In this document: one piece after another, positions 1 to 10,980 of the stretch
Position numbering within the stretch: position 1 is the stretch's first letter
Layout: each line of letters starts with the position of its first letter
NCBI GenBank assembly: GCA_965178125.1
Contig: OZ237735.1
Coordinates: 1,860,001-1,924,000 of the forward strand
Length of the DNA stretch: 64,000 bases
Direction of reading: 5' to 3'
Origin: Bilabrum cf. latius
Taxonomy: Eukaryota
Program-made: the position numbers and the translations under genes
The notes under the pieces: model-generated
Told to the model about the DNA's origin: nothing
What the model saw: only the letters and a program-made list of their open reading frames with translations
The model's database searches: none

Positions 1-2
1 AC

Positions 3-3000
3 GATCTGGGTCACCTCCTGGAAGATGAGGGCATTCGAGACATCACGGACGAGCTGCTGGACGCCGTGGAGCAGCATGCGGGCCTCTTCAAGGAGCTCGA
101 GGCGAAGGAGGAAAGCGCCAAGGGCGTGACTATTGCCATTGAAGGTTCCATCGAGCACATCCTCCTGGGAGAACACGCGGCGCAGGAGGGGGGGCGTGCC
201 GCGCAGGAGGCGGCAGCTGCAGCCCGCAAGGCCAGGTTAGCTAAAGTGGTCAAGTCTCGAGTCCCCGTCGTCTCCCCGGCCGACATGAAGGTGCCCAAGA
301 CTCTTCGTATCAAGTCGCCTGCCAACCCAACGGTGCACGTGGATATTGACCTGGCCGACGTGCACTCGGACTTTGTCGAGAGACTTGGCGCAATCGACAA
401 GTACCGCGCGCATGCGCAGCTAAATGTCCCAGGAGACCGCCTCATGTTCGCATTGCAGTCCGCCGACATCGCCGAGACGGCAGAATACTATGCCAGTATA
501 CAGAGGACAGTAAACAGGATCGACGCAAGGATGGGGACGGACGCCGGTGCGGGCGCGGCCTGGCTCAGGAAGACCCACGGCATGGATGCGTCGGCATTGC
601 GCACGCAGGAGCAGACGTTCGCGCTGCTGGCAGAGGTCCGGGCCCGTCCCTACCCCACCGGCGAGACGGCATTCCTGCATGCAGACATCCTCAGCGATGC
701 TATTCACAAGGGGCGCGTGGATCCTCAGGATCCAGTCCTCAAGGCGAGAGCGCAGCTCAAGAACCGAATCGGTGCGGTGGGCGGGGATTCGTTCGAACTG
801 GGGCTCCGAGTGCTCACACTGCCCCCAGCCAAGGCTCGATCCGCGAAGCTACGTGATGCTACCGTGAGTCTCTGCGATGCCGAGCGAGAGCTGGACGAGC
901 TGCTGCACCTCAAGCGCGTCATCGATACCGCCGAGATAGCCGGTCTTGACCCTGTTACCTGCCTGCGAAGGGGGGTGCGCACAGATTTCGTTAGCGACCT
1001 TACCATGCCCTCGGACGTGGAAAATTACCTAGCAAAGGCAGTGTAGCGGTCAAACTCTGCGAGGGAGGCGTGGAGGAGGGCGGCGGAGGCGGCGGGTCCC
1101 GGCGCCCTCGCCGATCTCCCAGGGGACGTCCTGGACCGGGCTTACCGGGTCACCGCAATGGACCCCAGCAGCGAGGTGAATCACTTGCTCGAGAGCAGAA
1201 AGCACATGGAGGTGCAGGCACTGAGTAATCCAGGTGTCTTGGGCGAACGTGTGGATCCTGCCGTGCTCTAGAAGCACGCGGGCGTCGGCGGTGCTGCTGG
1301 GGTGATCGCCGATCGCCGGGCGGCACTGATGTAGCGCGCTCAGGCGGGGGGCAGGCAGCTCCAGAGACAGTTGTCCGATTTCGGCGGGTGGGAGAGCATC
1401 AGGTACCAGCTGGGCAGTGTTGACTACCTCGTGTTCCTGCAGGACCTGCAAAAGCAGACCCCGGAATTTTTTGCCGAAGCTCTCATGCAGTTGCCTCGTG
1501 GTCGCACGAATGCGATCGACGAGCTGATCGGAGTCGCAGTGGGAGCGACCGACAGCGCCCGCAAAGCAGCGAGAGAGAAAATCATCCTCGGAGCCGTTGA
1601 ATCTGCGGTACAGACGGTGGGTCTGAACAAGGCACCAAGTCCGCTCTTCTTCGCGGAGAACGTCCAGCTGCTGTCGATTTTGTCCGAAGAAATGACCGCC
1701 GATACTGCCTCCAAGGAGCTTGGCGCTGCTCTGGACACCCTGGGGGATGGCATGAAAGCGCTTCGAAAGGCTGCCAGCGGCAACGCCCTGGACGATGCCT
1801 AGGCGCAGGTCATGGGAGAGGTCATGGCGAGGCTTGAGCATTACGCTTTTATCGGAGGTGTGTCCACGTCGCTGGACAAGGAACTCAAGATGTGTTTGGA
1901 TGACAAGAAATTGCTAACCGAGGTAGTCCGTGCCGCGGAGAAGCCGGGCGGTGAGGACCTGCTGGATCTTGCCGTGGCGCTTCGAGGCGCCAATGGCCTC
2001 TCTGAGGGATTCAAGTATCATCCAGGCCTCCAGGTTCGGCTCGCGAAGCGCGTAGTGTTTGCTGGTGAGGAGCCATCACGATAGGCCGAGCTTTTGGTGC
2101 AGCCGGGGGCACTTGATCGAGTGGCCGCCTTCATGCGGATGCGCGGCGGGTATGGAGCGGAGGATGCCATGGACAGCCTCGTGGGCCTGGCGCTGGAGAA
2201 GGAGGGGCAGCGAGTGGGGCTGGGGCCCGCCATTATGATCACCCCTGTCCACCTGGATGCAGACGTGGTGGACTCCCTCTGGTGGGACGGCCCCGTGGGG
2301 CAGTCTCTCTTAGAGCAGGTGGCCAAGGGGGAGGCAGGCGGCAGCCCCTTTCAGAAGGAGGCGGCGATCCGGCAGATCATCGACGTGACGGGGTGGGCAT
2401 AGCCAATCCTCACGAAAACGCCCGAAACTATCAAGATCATATAGAGCGGGAAGAAGACGTGGACGAGGCTCGTACAGAAGCATGATGACCTTCTTCTCAA
2501 GACGCTCCTCTCACCCACCGACTACCCTGTATTCTAGTGGATGACGCGGAAGCATTGGAGTTTGCGGTACATGTCAGACCGAATGGGGCCCTATCGCACC
2601 CGAGCCGTCAAGCTCCTGAAGAATGAGAGGAGGGCTGAGCTGCTGGCGCAACATCTCCTGCATCCCGAGGATCTTCGGCGGGCGGTGGGGCCCAAAGGCC
2701 TTGCAGACCTGCAGCGACACGCCGATACGGCATGGGGGGCCAGGGCAAGAAGCGCGGCCCGCAAGCAAGCGGAAATCATCCAGCAGCTCGACGAGACGCT
2801 AGCGCAGCTGCGGGATGCCGACCTGAAGCAGGCAGCAAGTGGAGGGCTTGACAGGAGCGCTAAGCTGAACCGTGCGGCCAGGGCCAAGAAGGAAGCAATC
2901 GATCAAGCGGCCAGAATGCAGGCACAGCTGGACGATATTCCCATGATTCCCCGATCCATGTCTATTCAGGCGGACCTTGGGGAGGAGTTAGAGGAGATCA

Positions 3001-6000
3001 CGGTGGACGGGCTCATCAGCACTGGTGTGACGAGGCACGATGACTTGGACATCCTGCCGGTGGTGATGCAATCCGAGATGGTCAACGACAATTTGGCCTA
3101 TAGAGTGTTTTTGACAAAGAGCATCAACTTCGACGTGCCGTTGTCTGAGATCGACAAGGGCTTGCGCAACTTGGCGAAAGCCATGAGAAAAGCGGACGAT
3201 GCCGCCACCGAGGAGATGAGGGCGCAACTGCGGGCCGTCGTGAAGAGGGCCGACGGTGCCCAGGGAACACAGGCACTCATGGAGACTTCTTTTCCCATAT
3301 GGTCAGTCAAGGATGTCCACGACCATACCACGGCAGCGGTGCTCAGCGACTATAAAAACCTCGTTGAGGCTACCGTGGGGTTCCAGACCAACCCATCCGT
3401 GAGAAGCGAGGTCATTGCACAGCTTGCCCTGCGCCGTCCCGTGATGCCGCAGGCAGAGCTCGCCACGGCCTTATCCAAGCTGGATTCGCTGCCCAAGGTC
3501 AAGCAGCTGACGGAGGAGGCAGCGGGAGATATGGAGGCGGCCTTCAAGGCTTTCGACGCCAAGTCTCCAGGGACCCTCACTCGCGAGGAGTTCGATGTCC
3601 TTGCCTCTGCCACAACGAAGGAGGACGCCGCAGCCGCTCTTGGCCCCGCGATCCGCGAGCGGCCGATCTCGGAGTGGCCAGCTTCGGCGCTCATGGACGA
3701 GTCCGGGCAGCTGACGGCGATTGCCGAGCGGGGCCTGCAGCTCTACGACTCGATGCCTTCGACCTTCTTTTTCAACGACCGGTTCGCCCGGCAGGTGGGG
3801 TTTACCGAACGAGACGCCATGTTTCGCGGCCTGGCGGAACCGTTAACCATGGCGCCAGACGGCGTGCTGCTTCAGGCAGATAGACTGGGCGTGAACAAGG
3901 GTAGGTTGGAAAAGCTGGTGGGCAATCATGCCGCCATGGACGAGATGGGAAGCTCTCAGATCGAGCGGCGGGTTGCCGAGTACAACCAAAAGCCCACGAT
4001 GGAGTCGGACGGAGTGCCGCTCGGTACCTTCATGGGCGAATGGTGTGAGGACCACGGCATCGAGCTGGCCGTGGAGGCCGGTGACGAGGCTCGGAAGGCG
4101 GAGCAGGGCGAGGTGTTCATGTGGTGCCAGGCGCTGGACATGCCCATTCCCGAGTCACAGGCGGATTGGGACGACGCAAAGCGCCTATTCCATTCTCTCA
4201 AGCAGGCCAACGAGCGGTACCGCACCATCCTGAGCGACAAGCAGCTGGATTACATCCGTAATACCCCCAAGGAGGAGAAGCTGTCGGCCCTCTTCGACCC
4301 CAGCAACAGCGAGCTGTGCCTTACGAATGGCCAGACGGACGAGCTGCTGGGTAAACTGTCTCACTCTCTATGGCAAACCACGCACGATCTGTTGAACTAT
4401 AGGCAAATGATGCGGACGCTCACTGACGTGGACGCCTACGTTGTGAGCACCGGCGGGCAGTCCTCGAAGTCCGCCTTTGAGCAACTCAAGCGTGCAGGGC
4501 TGACTCGGCAGGAGGTGCGCGGTCGTGGAAACTGCTACTTCGATGCCGTCATGTAGTCGGCCGGTGACATCCAGGACCAGAAGGTTCTCCGTGCCAAGTA
4601 CGTGGAGGCATACAAGCAGGGGGTCGATGCCAAGCTATTGAGGACGAACGAGTTGCGCGACGCATCTTCCGACCTACTGGGACCGTCCTCTAGCCTGGGC
4701 GTCCTCGGCGTGGACGCAAACGCCATGATCCGAGAGATGGATAGGACGGGACTGAAGGCATCGGACGAGAAATATATGGCGGCCGCCCTCGGCCGTCCGT
4801 ATGTCTCGATCCGAGAGCCGGACCTCGTTGATGGCGGCAATATGCAGATTATGGTTTTCAATGCCGATAAGCTGGGCTAGGGACAATCACCGGTCATGGT
4901 GTACATGCAGTCTGGGCACGCCACGGCCGTGGTGGCAGACGACCCAGAGGCGGCCTTCAAGGCGCTGCAGGAGCTGGCGGACGCCGAAAAGGCCGCGAAG
5001 AATGCTGATGAAGCCGTCAAGAAGGCGGGGGGATCGGACGGTGGCAACCCGTCGTTCTTCGAAGGGCAGGAGCCCGTCCCAGAGGGTGAGCTGCAGGACG
5101 CGCTCGAGCACGGGGTGGACGTGGCTGACGTGTCAATAGGCAAGGATGGGGAGCTGGGCGTGGATGTGCAGCGGGGAGACCGGCAGGTCAAAACGCTCAG
5201 TGCAGACGAGGCAGATCTCCCGGTCGAAGGTCCTCTGTCCGCCCACGAGTTCGATCTCAGCGTCGACCCGCACATAGACATGCCTGAGCGACCGCCACAG
5301 GTGCCTCCGAGCCAGCTGCTGCGGCTGTCTGACGATGCAGCGGCGGACGTAACGGCTCTGAGTGCGGCATTGACGAATGTCCCGGCAGAGAGACCTATTC
5401 GGATCGTGGGCATCGGTGGGGGTGATGGAGCAGGGTCGGTAGGATAGGTGTTTGACAATACGGATGCCGTCTCCGAGTTCAACGGACGACTGATCGCCGA
5501 CGTCGACCGCGTGAGTCGCATTGTCGACCACCCAGAGGCCTTTCCTATCCTGCCACATGGCCCCCTCGTGCCTCAGCAGCAGCGGGCGGCGCTGCTCACC
5601 ATCGAGGCCAGATAGCAGCTGGACATAGCGGAGAGATTCCTGGAGGACTTCAATGAGCTGGAGGCCATGTTGGGAGAAGAGGAGGCTGCCTCAATGATGC
5701 TGGTTGAAGGGATGTCTAAGTAGCAGGCCGAGGACCGGGTGAAGGAGTACTCGGCTATTCTGGCTGCGCAATCCAGAGCCCCCAGGTCGTCGGCGATGGG
5801 ACTGGCCACCGATGTGGACGTGGTGTAGCAGGCCATCGCTGACATTCCGGACGATTCAATGTTTCTCAAGCAGGCGGAGCTCTTCGACGATGCTGCCGCT
5901 AAGATCGCGGAGGCAGAGCCGGACGATCCATCCCTGCCCCTCCGGCGGATTACGGAGCTAGGGGAACAGGAGGCGGCGGATGACGAGGTGGGGAAGCGGG

Positions 6001-7730
6001 CACACAATGTGGTTGAGCTGGTCAATATGGAGTGGATGGCGGCAATGGATCTACGGTACGCTCGCTCGCTGGACGAGGCTGCGACCTCGATGGATATGGA
6101 GAACAGCTGGCTCCTTGAGCAGACCTTCTTCGCAGGCGGAGAAGTGGGGGATGCCGCGGATCGGCTGTCGCAGCGGTTCCAGAAGGTGAGGGACTATCGT
6201 GAGGAGGTGCAGTCGATGTCCGCGGAGGAGTGGGCGGCGATATCCGCCCGGTGCAAATCTCAGTATTCCTTGAGCATCGGAGCTCAGGACAGTTTCGTTG
6301 CCAACCAGGACGCACACCAGCAGCTGCTGTCTTGGACGACGCGCAAGGTGCGACAGCTCACGGAGGCCCAGGTGCCCAAGTCGCAGTACCGCGCCCATGC
6401 GAAGCAGACGAACAGCGAACAGGCGGATGACTCAGGGGCACACCATCAGGACATGACGGCAGGCAAGGGCGGGGAGGGGCAAGGAGTAGACCTGCAAACC
6501 AACCACGAGCAGGAGCAGGAGCAGGAGCTCGATACTCCCTCCCTCATCGCCCTAGGGGGCAAGGCCAAGGCAGTGGCTGATGCCCACGGCTAGCTCCAGC
6601 TCCAGCTCGGGCGACACTGGCACTCTCGGCGCTTGAGCTCCAGCGGCGGCAAGTCATCCCACCGCAGGAACAGACATCGGCACCACGGCTCTCTCCGTGC
6701 CACTGCATCTACATCTGCCACTGCATCTGCAAGCACGCAGGCAGTCCATCGACTGGCCTCCAGCGAGGGGGTCACGAGCACGAGCAGGCGGCGGCGGGGT
6801 TACACCGGAGACTGTGTGCACACCAACCTGACAACGTGCCAAGTGCTGGAGCACGACACCAACATCCTGCGACCGGGACAGTTGCTTAAATACCCGCACC
6901 GGCTGATCCAGTAGAACGGGGACGACTACGCCATGCTGTAGGTGCAGCGGAAGTGCAGTCTGGAGCTGTAGTGGCACTACGAGGACTGCATTCTGGGCAT
7001 GGCCTGCACAAGGGAGTGGAAGATGCTGTGGGAGACAACCAGGGGAAACAAGGACTACGACGCCTACGGCTTCATGGACCAGTGCACGCTGGTGTTCGAC
7101 CGCGAGGGGAACCTTTTCCTCGTCAACGGGGTGGGCATGGTCATGTGGAAAACGGACACCATCGGGCTGCGGGGGCCCGTATCGCATCTAGAGGTGCAGG
7201 GCGACGGGAACTTGGTGGTCTACCGCGAGCGGGGCGGGGCCATCTGGAGTACGGAGACGGCGGGGCAGATGAGGAACTACCGGCCCACCGGCGAGTTTGG
7301 CGAGGACTTCGCGCACCTTCGCTACGGCCCCGAGGACCAGCTGTGCGACAAGACATTCAGCGAAGTTTGCGAGGATGCCACGGGGCAACACTTCATAGCG
7401 GCTGGTCAGCGGCTGGACTAGGGTCATTCGCTACGTCTGCGTGACTTCGAGCTCCGGATGCAGGGGGACGGCAACCTGGTGCTGTACTGGCAAGGAAAGA
7501 TGTAGGGGGAGACAGGGACGGACGGTGACGGCGAGGGGCCTTATCGTCTCATCGTAGATGCGTCGGGCCGGGTGATGGTACTATCGCAAAACACGAACGA
7601 GGAGTGGGACGAAGACGGCTTCGTGATGCGCATCGAGTCTCAAGGTAGAAGTGCCATGATGGTCCTGTACAACGGGAAGGACGTGGACCATCTTGGCACG
7701 TGGGAGTTCGCGTACAACCTGCAGAAGTAA
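3..7730 (+). CDS. Giant secreted lectin/OTU-like protein, copy 1 (5'-partial; TAG=Gln)
   Basis: ORF-track pieces at 66, 1371, 1812, 2094, 2541, 4602, 4896, 5859, 6633 and 6999 share one frame and are separated only by TAG; the frame ends at TAA 7728-7730. OTU-like VRGRGNCYFDAV (~4515-4550) with a downstream GH, and C-terminal bulb-lectin motifs VQGDGNLVVY and MQGDGNLVLY. Paralogue of 52793-60489. Confidence 0.85.
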
Positions 7731-8581
7731 GTGGGAGGCCCGTCGTCGGGCCCCGACGGTCGGGGCCAGCCTCTCGAGTAGCGTGCGAAACTACCTCAGA
7801 TTATTTAAATATGTTTTGAACAAAACATTCGGACAATCTGCTAAGTGAAACCAATGGTATAGTTGCGACCTCCCAACTTCCTCATCCGCACGTGGTCGGG
7901 TGATCCGATCCCTGGTCCGAGTCACTCGTCACCCACCCACACACCCATACCTCCACCTGCCCGGCCTGTGCCTCCACCTTCCAATCCGCCGTATCAACCA
8001 GGTGTCCCCACCAATCATTTCCTCCTCCACTAATCCCTCACCTGGTTGGGTAAACCGTCACCCCTACCGACTCCGCCGTCACCCCCCTTCGCCCAACCCT
8101 AGCCGCCGTTCCTGCTCGTACCTCACTGACCTGGCCTCATCGACAGCGCTCTCTCATCACTTCGGTACGTCGAATCTGATCCTGCACCTACAGCGGGTAC
8201 TGTGCTCAACGCACGACCTCAATCTCAGAGACCTTGTTGGCCTCACCAACTGAGAACAAAAGCCTACGTGCCGTGCCCCAGCGGATCCCCAAAGCGAGCC
8301 ATCCTAGTCTGCATTTGTACTTGAGAACTAATAATGGCGTAATTCAATCACGGTTTTAGATAAGATCGCGCGGATTGGATTGCGGGTGGGCGAAGGGGGC
8401 GAACTCGTATCCCGGATTTTTCTCAACCATCTACATACCGTGACGCACTACCCCGGAAGGAACGATAAATTTATGGGATTCAAACTACACGCTACCCAGG
8501 CTAAGAAGTCACCCGAAGGCTACTTCGACCGGAAGGAAACATCTCACTTACCAGCTCAAGCTGCAGCAGCTGCCAGCTGTG

Positions 8582-8835
8582 CGGAGAGAGAGAGAATATA
8601 ATATGTCTGAGTCAAAGCACACACCCAACTCCTCTACCACCCAGGTGATCACCTGAGATATGGTGCGTCTGTGGCGGGTTCGGTAACTTAACCCAACAAT
8701 GTATTTCTGTATTTCTGTATTTCCACCCCAAGAGGCAATCGCACTGGGCAGGTCGAACGGATCAGCAAGCTCACGCCATGGGCTCCGCAAGCTGGGCCGC
8801 TTTAGAGAGAGAATATAATATGTCTGAGTCAAAGC
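8582..8835 (-). mobile_element. Two short 5'-truncated 3' ends of the RLE-type non-LTR family (variant A)
   Basis: GGAGAGAGAATATAATATGTCTGAGTCAAAGC... motif at 8582 and 8804, matching units at 9913, 18276, 18378, 20770 and 20850. Confidence 0.75.
8643..8723 (+). mobile_element. 81-bp 3' remnant of an APE-RT element inserted in an RLE 3' UTR
   Basis: AGGTGATCACC...ACCCAACAA(TGTATTTC)3 resembles the 3' end of the 9974-17868 element; flanked by CACCC at 8638-8642 and 8724-8728. Confidence 0.75.
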
Positions 8836-9912
8836 GAGAGAGAGAAAATAGAGTTTTCGCACGCAATTCAATACCAGAGACAATCCGAGGACTGCCACCA
8901 AAGTAACGCGCACCTTAACAGGGGACCCAGCTGTACCCGCGTTGGCGGAGCCAGTCAGGACCTGAAAAGGCCTCTAAAGAAGTAGTTGGTCTGGTCAAGA
9001 CCGATACATGCCTAGGACCCGTGTCCTAAGCGCATCGCGTTGAGATCTCCTGGGAGTCAGACCAATTCGAACGTACGCAATGAGGGAGCATGCGCAAGGA
9101 AGGCCTGGCGAGGCGTGAGGTATTCAGCCTCTCGCCACCAGACCGCCACATTGTCCGCCTCTAGAACTTGTTGCCTGCTCCAGATCCGGGAGCGTGCTAG
9201 CCTTGCCGTTCCCTTCGCCCAGATGCGTTCTAGCACCTGAAGCTCCTTGCTGAGGGCGCAACGGCCCAGCGTTCCTGCCATCCACTCTCCGACGAACTAG
9301 TTCTCGGAGGGAGTCAGTATGCGTCCGAGCGAGTGGGCTCGGATTGCAAGGTCTCGGGCTGCTAGGCTGCCTGAGGTGAGTTGTGCCGCTACGCACAATT
9401 GGCAGGACTACAACCCCTCGATGGCTCGTCCGAAGCTCTCATTGGCCCTCTGCTACAAGCGTCGGATTGCCCGTCGGCACCGTTCTTGGAGTTGTTCGAG
9501 GGTGCCTTGGACGATTAAGAGCTCCAAGGAGTCTGTGTCCCCTCGGTGTTCTTGTGTCAGCACCTGCTCCGTTTTGACGTGTTCCATCCATAGTGCTCTC
9601 CCCACTGCCGTGGGTGCCCAGGGTACGTCCGTGTGCGTGGCTTCCGCGCGCATCATTTCGGCCTGTACCGAGCGTTCTCCTCTGTGGTGCATGGTCCCTT
9701 CCCGAGGGTAACGCCCAGTGAGCCATCGCAGGATGAGGCGACCATCTCGGCCTCGCCAGGTGCTCCGTGCTGTCGCCGGCATGGCCGAAGGGCCGAGGAT
9801 CCGGAAATTGTCCAAATTGATGCAGCTCTGTAGGTCTTTCATGCCTACAGAATCCTCATCGAACTTTGCCCAGGCGTCTGTCGCTACCGGATGCATCGTC
9901 GGATCTCCTAGT
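8836..9912 (-). mobile_element. 5'-truncated 3' part of a second APE-RT-related non-LTR family (ORF ~9910 to 9057, TAG=Gln)
   Basis: The translation (FRILGPSAM...GRLILRWLTGRYPREGT, ERIWAKG, AHAPSL) aligns by eye with the C-terminus of the 10024-17643 ORF (AFGPGAM...GRRILRIRAGQYPQQGT, ERQWAKG, AHAPHL). Its 3' UTR recurs at 46967-47173. Confidence 0.75.
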
Positions 9913-10023
9913 CGGAGAGAGAATATAATATGTCTGAGTCAAAGCACACACTACCCAACTACAACGACCACCCGGGGCTACTACTATGGCCCAGCTTTGC
10001 ACAAGGCCGGGTCAGGCACGTAC

Positions 10024-10948
10024 ATGTGGACTTACGCTGTGAGAAGATCTAAGAATAGGCGCTTCCCGCAGCACTTGTCCAGCAGAAGGGCCAGACGTTG
10101 GAGGCAGAGGGCTCTGAGGCGCCAAGCACGTGAACTCAGACGATCGCGTGAGCGTGACCTCAGTCGTCTACGGAGGCGTGCTCGCCAAGCATACGTAAGA
10201 CCAGAGAGACCTCAACACCATCAGCGAGGACCAGAGAGTGGGAACGGCGGATCGTATCTAGTAGCGACCGCTGTACTCCTTATGATGGTGGGACTCGTCA
10301 TTTTGTGCGCAACCGGGACGTGCCCAAAGCTGAAGCAGTACCTAGACTCAAGGGGATGGCCCCAGTAGATGCACGCATCGCTGGTGATACCAGCCGCCTG
10401 GATTCTTATAGTGACGCCTACATTGAGAAAACGGAGCAGGATTGGAGTCCTTGCCCTCATAGGGTACCTGTTACCCATGGTAGACGCGACAAGTGACGAA
10501 GACCCGCAGAAGGACGCAGAGGACTGGATCGACAAGCTCAGAAGCATCCCCAAGGAGGTCCTTTTCACTTCGGTAGGGGGACTCGTTACTCTAGTCGGGG
10601 TACTATTGATCTCCTCCTCAATGAGCCGTGTGAACTCATTCTTCTAGCGCGCATATTGGTGGCTCGCGAGTGACGAACTCCGAGAGGGGATAAGACTCAT
10701 CGTACTATCGTTTCAGAGGTGCAAGCGGAACAAGTCGAAACCCAAACACGACGGAAAGACGTTCAAGAACCAGGACGCCGACACCACTAGCACCAATCCA
10801 ACTTCAAGGGGTAGAGGCCGTGGCCGGGGCCGCGGACGAGGCCGAGGCCGAGGGCAGTGGTGGGGTCGAGGTAGAGGTCGCGGACAAGGCACTGGCACGA
10901 TGCAGGCCGCGCAAACGGGCCAGACCACCCACTAGCGTGACCAAACCG

Positions 10949-10980
<32 letters not shown>

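Noticed and set aside
7790-8440. C-rich region with a 117-aa ORF
   Set aside because: Low complexity, no recognisable motif or repeat unit; left unannotated.
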